Shown one piece after another: positions 60,006 through 64,000 of a DNA stretch of 64,000 nt (position 1 is its first letter; each line of letters starts with the position of its first letter). The notes beneath the pieces were generated by a model that worked only from the letters and a program-made list of their open reading frames with translations, was not told the DNA's origin and searched no databases. The translations under genes and the position numbers were made by a program. Source of the stretch: an uncultured Desulfospira sp. (GTDB lineage Bacteria > Desulfobacterota > Desulfobacteria > Desulfobacterales > Desulfobacteraceae); the NCBI GenBank assembly GCA_963663165.1, contig OY760175.1:352001-416000 (forward strand). Reading direction: 5' to 3'.

Positions 60006-63000
60006 CTAATACCCTTCAGTTTTCAGCCTCACATCCAGGGCAGAGTCCAGGAAATTCCTTTTCGAGAAATACTTTAAAAAGGGTGTAATTACCTTGTTCT
60101 TGTTGCCGCCTGAAACGTCATAGGTGATGGTGGCAATGGGCACCCCTGTTTTTTCTTCGAGCCTGGCAGCCATGGCTTCGGTGACAAGCCCCGGGCAGCA
60201 GAAGGCCGGGTTGGCCTGCACCAGCAGGGCAAGGTCCGGGTGCTTGTGGACAATGTGGTGGATTTTCAAGACATTGTCCATGGATTCGCCGGTATGTTCA
60301 GGCTGCATGCCGTACTGCTCAAGGATGTTCTCATACCCCTGGCTGACATCCAGGTCTTCTTCATTTAAAATGGGTTCAAAGTATTTATAGTATTTTTTCT
60401 CCATGGCGCTCATGGCGATGAACAGGGCCTTGTTGGACAGCAGGCTTAAATATTTGCCCTCTTTGAACCACTTTTTAAAATACGCGCTGGCAATGATTTT
60501 GATGTAGGTGTAGTAGGGCGTGACCACGACTTCGCCGCCGTTGGCTTCGATAAACCGGACCAGGTTCTGGTTCATCAGATCGTTGTCCCGGACGTAAAGG
60601 TCCCCGAAAATGGCCACTTTGGGCCTTGTTCCCCTTTGAGTTGTGGGGATTTTTGACAGCAGGCCCACGGCTTCCTTTAACGCCTTTTCCTTGGAACCGC
60701 CCGTCAGAAAGGCCCCGTTAATAATGGACAGGGCCTGGTCCAGGGCCTGGTCGGTCTGGCCTTTATAAATTTCATAGGGCCTGATCTTGCACCCCATGCT
60801 TCGCAGCAGCCCCCCGAACATATAGGCAAAATAGGTGTTGGTGGAAGCCCGGAAGGAGATTTCCGATAAGGACAGTTCGCCTAAGTATATGCCGGATTTT
60901 TCAAACCCATTGCCCTCCCGTTCCAGGATCTGGCGGATGTGAAAGGGATACATCTTGATATTGCAGGCAATTTCAGACTGGTTAAGCCAGAGAACCGCCG
61001 TTTCCGGGTTTATATGGTTTTTCCGGACCGTGTGAATAAAGGCGGCGGCCACAGCATTGAGGGGGATGCACTGGCCCGTGTTGGTGAGGACACATTTTTT
61101 AAGGGTTTCATGGGTTTCCTCCATGAGCAGGGCATTGATCCCCTCGTTTCTGAATACCGAGACCACCAGGCTTGCGGTGAACCGGTCCCAGTTCGGGAAG
61201 ATAATGGTCTTGCCTTCCAGGGAATTGGCCCGGCCTTTGTCAAACAGGGGGTGGTCCGGGATCTGAAGGGGCGGCTTGGTTTGGTTATGGTTGGTAAAGG
61301 CCCGGACCGCCGCCTCGATTCTGGTTTCATACCCCACGCTGGAATCGTGTTCGTCCAGTTCCAGGACCAGGCAGGGTTTATTGAACTGCTCCATGATTTT
61401 TTTAAAGTAATCCACGGCAAAAGAGTCCGGGGTACATTTAAACGAGGAGATATAAACCGGATAAAGATCCGGGGATATGGCGGCCATATAGGCTGATTCC
61501 AGGATATCGGCGGCGTGTTTCCAGTGGATTTCATTGAGGACGGTATCAATGGGTGAAAAATCCACGTTCTGTTTGTCCAGCATGTCCTGGAAAAATACCG
61601 GAATCCCTAAATTCTCAAATATTTTGGGAATATTGCTGTTCATGGCGGCGGACAGCACTGTGTAAGGCCGTCCCAAAATCAGGGCCTTGACGCCGGTTGT
61701 CCGGGCTCTGGTCTCATTAAACCAGGCGGACAGTTTTGCCTGATTCTGCTGTTTAAACTCAACGGCCCGGTCCCAGGCCGCCCCAATATCAAAAAAGGAG
61801 AACAGAAAATCAGGGGAGATCTTTTTTAAGGCCCGGTACAGCTCCATTTTGGTATAAAAAGTGGTGTAAAGGTATTTGATGGTCGGAGAGATGATCCGGT
61901 CCCGGTCAATCCCGGTAAGGCAGGTCAGGGTGACCGGGGAAAACTGGGTGTAATAGCAGTGCTGGCGCCGGTATTTCTTATCCTTTAACCGGTCCTCAAA
62001 ATAGGAGGGGAGAAACACATAATCGGCCCGGTCTAAAAGATGGACCACATGGCCGTGAAGGGAGACCATGGGGGCGCAGAATTCGGCGGCGGCAATGCTT
62101 TTGCCAAGCTTGACCGGTTGTTTAAGGGACCGGCTGGTGACGGTTTTAATGCCAAGGGCAGAAAAAAAGAACTCCCAGAATTCAAGGTCTTCGAACATGT
62201 GCAGGGCCGCAGGAAGGCCAATGGTAAAATCGTGTTTGGCCCGGGGTTTTTCCTTGAGGCGGGTCAGCTGCTGCCGGGTTTTGAGCAGGTCAAAGGCGGT
62301 GTCTTTGTTGACTTTTTTCTGAGTTTCATAATCCCTGCCGCATAAGAATCCGTAGGCCTGGGGACCGTCCGGCATCTCGGCAATGGTCAGCTTGCAGTGA
62401 TTGGTGCAAAGCTGGCAGACCTCCCGGCGGACCGGGATGGCCTGTTTCCAGAGGTCAAATCCCCTGAAGGCGGATGTTTCAAGGTTTTCCGCCCGGGCTA
62501 AAAGGGCGCACCCCAGTGCCCCGGTCAGATGGCAGAACCGGGAAACCTGGATGGGTTTGTTAAGTTTCTGCTCAAAGGCGGCTACCAGGGCTTTGTTCCG
62601 GGCTGTGGCCCCCTGAAAGAGGATGCACTCTCCGATAAGGCTTTGGCTGGCCACCTTGGTCAGGTAATTGTCCCGGACCGAATGAAGGACTGAGGCCAGG
62701 ATTTCGTTGGTCTGGTATCCTTCCTCAAGATAGTAGTTGATGTCCCGTTCCATGAAAACCGTGCACCGGTCACTGGATACCGGGGCAATGACCCCCTGGG
62801 CCCGGCCGGAATAATCCGAAAGGGGGCAGGCCAGTTTTAAGGCCTGCTCTTCAATAAAGCTGCCCGTGCCGGCGGCGCAGACCGTGTTCATGGTGGAAGA
62901 GGTGACCATGCCGTCCCGAAGCAACGTGAATTTGGCGTCCTGGCCCCCGATTTCAATGATGGTGTCCACACGGGGGTTCAGGTTGACAGCGGCCGTGGCA

Positions 63001-64000
63001 TGGGCTGTGATTTCATCGGGCTCAATGTCGGCCCCGATGATTTTGCCGCTGATCCGGCGGCCTGATCCGGTGGTGCCGCATCCTTTGATGGGAAAATCCA
63101 GGTTAAAATCATTTAAAAAGCCGTGGCAGGCCTTGAATAATTTTTGAACCGCCTCTACGGGCCGGGATGCGGTTTTGGTGTAAAACCCGGCCAGAGGCGC
63201 GCCGTCCTGGTTGGTGAGGATACACTTGGTGCTGGTGGAGCCCACGTCAAGGCCTAAATATCCCCAGGAGATGGACAGGGTGTTGGGGTCAACAAACACA
63301 TCGGATTCCACCCCTTCAAAATCATAGGATTTATAGGATGAAAAGTCCGGGTAGTCGGACAGTTTCAATTCAAGGGGCGGGTATTCCAGGCTGTTTTCCA
63401 AAGATTCCGTCCGGAATATGTCTTCGGGAAAGGCAAAGGATACCGGGGCCATCTCGCTTATCTCATCGGAAAGGCAGAGGGCCGCGCCAATGGCTCCGTA
63501 AAAACAGGACAATTCATCCACAAACAGGTCATGGCCGATGATGGACTCCAAATGGGCTTTGACGGCGCTGTTTTGAGACACCCCGCCGCAGAAGAGAATC
63601 CGGCCTTCCCCGACCTTTTTCTTGAACAGGGTATTGGCGATGTTTTTGGCCAGGCCAAAGCTTAAGCCATCACAGATCTGGGCAATGTCATACCCCTCCT
63701 GCTGGGCATGAATCAGGTCGGTCTTGGCAAACACGGCACACCGGGTGGCAATGTCCGGGCGGGGCTTTTGGTTTTCCAAGGCCATACGGCTGATTTCCCC
63801 GGAGCCTCCAAGGTTCAGCCGTCTGGCCTGCTGGTCTAAAAAACCCCCGGTGCCGGCGGCACAGGAGGTGTTATGCCGGGCACCGGTATAATTGCCCTGG
63901 CGGTCAAACAGGCTTAGGGAAAATTTTTCACCGCCGATGTTGAGCAGGGCGGTGAAATCTTTTTTGTGAAAATGGCGTGCGGCACGGATCAGGGCGACCT
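60006..64000 (-). CDS. Second acyl-CoA dehydratase activase-related protein; 5' end outside the window
   Basis: Frame open to the window end (NIGGEKF, CAAGTG); GLDVGSTSTK, EIGGQD, CQLCTNHC, AFCCPG. Confidence 0.88.
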   Translation of the reverse strand, partial: VALIRAARHFHKKDFTALLNIGGEKFSLSLFDRQGNYTGARHNTSCAAGTGGFLDQQARRLNLGGSGEISRMALENQKPRPDIATRCAVFAKTDLIHAQQEGYDIAQICDGLSFGLAKNIANTLFKKKVGEGRILFCGGVSQNSAVKAHLESIIGHDLFVDELSCFYGAIGAALCLSDEISEMAPVSFAFPEDIFRTESLENSLEYPPLELKLSDYPDFSSYKSYDFEGVESDVFVDPNTLSISWGYLGLDVGSTSTKCILTNQDGAPLAGFYTKTASRPVEAVQKLFKACHGFLNDFNLDFPIKGCGTTGSGRRISGKIIGADIEPDEITAHATAAVNLNPRVDTIIEIGGQDAKFTLLRDGMVTSSTMNTVCAAGTGSFIEEQALKLACPLSDYSGRAQGVIAPVSSDRCTVFMERDINYYLEEGYQTNEILASVLHSVRDNYLTKVASQSLIGECILFQGATARNKALVAAFEQKLNKPIQVSRFCHLTGALGCALLARAENLETSAFRGFDLWKQAIPVRREVCQLCTNHCKLTIAEMPDGPQAYGFLCGRDYETQKKVNKDTAFDLLKTRQQLTRLKEKPRAKHDFTIGLPAALHMFEDLEFWEFFFSALGIKTVTSRSLKQPVKLGKSIAAAEFCAPMVSLHGHVVHLLDRADYVFLPSYFEDRLKDKKYRRQHCYYTQFSPVTLTCLTGIDRDRIISPTIKYLYTTFYTKMELYRALKKISPDFLFSFFDIGAAWDRAVEFKQQNQAKLSAWFNETRARTTGVKALILGRPYTVLSAAMNSNIPKIFENLGIPVFFQDMLDKQNVDFSPIDTVLNEIHWKHAADILESAYMAAISPDLYPVYISSFKCTPDSFAVDYFKKIMEQFNKPCLVLELDEHDSSVGYETRIEAAVRAFTNHNQTKPPLQIPDHPLFDKGRANSLEGKTIIFPNWDRFTASLVVSVFRNEGINALLMEETHETLKKCVLTNTGQCIPLNAVAAAFIHTVRKNHINPETAVLWLNQSEIACNIKMYPFHIRQILEREGNGFEKSGIYLGELSLSEISFRASTNTYFAYMFGGLLRSMGCKIRPYEIYKGQTDQALDQALSIINGAFLTGGSKEKALKEAVGLLSKIPTTQRGTRPKVAIFGDLYVRDNDLMNQNLVRFIEANGGEVVVTPYYTYIKIIASAYFKKWFKEGKYLSLLSNKALFIAMSAMEKKYYKYFEPILNEEDLDVSQGYENILEQYGMQPEHTGESMDNVLKIHHIVHKHPDLALLVQANPAFCCPGLVTEAMAARLEEKTGVPIATITYDVSGGNKNKVITPFLKYFSKRNFLDSALDVRLKTEGY

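Overview
The window looks like chromosomal DNA of a sulfate-reducing deltaproteobacterium (Desulfobacteraceae-like; inferred from gene content). Housekeeping genes fill 1-35 kb: TonB receptor/DUF4198, DASS transporter, pepF, dapB, a MurU-AmgK-like fusion, plsB, rnhA, hisC-cmk, the glycine cleavage/lipoate cluster, a GlmU-like gene and glmM. At 51-64 kb lie two large acyl-CoA dehydratase activase-like genes, an ATL gene and comEC. Between them (about 35.0-51.2 kb) is an AT-richer defence island with toxin-antitoxin modules and remnants, a solitary type I-C-like repeat, a 62-repeat CRISPR array and a type I-B cas locus (xre/ImmA-cas1-cas2 // small ORF-cas6-cas8b-cas7-cas5-cas3-cas4). The best finding is in the cas2-cas6 gap: a hidden mini-array (two degenerate repeats, 17-nt spacer) with its own promoter. 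Its spacer matches a site with a putative TTA PAM about 120 bp away, in the promoter/leader of a 66-aa ORF plus the cas6-cas4 operon, with mismatches at positions 6, 12 and 16. This is a candidate CreR/CreA-like Cascade-guided autorepression or CRISPR-regulated toxin module. Other oddities: cas1 appears to start at ATC, the gene just upstream encodes an XRE-ImmA/IrrE fusion with a dead HExxH motif, and two homologous attC-like elements follow TA genes. All calls were made by eye; no searches were run.
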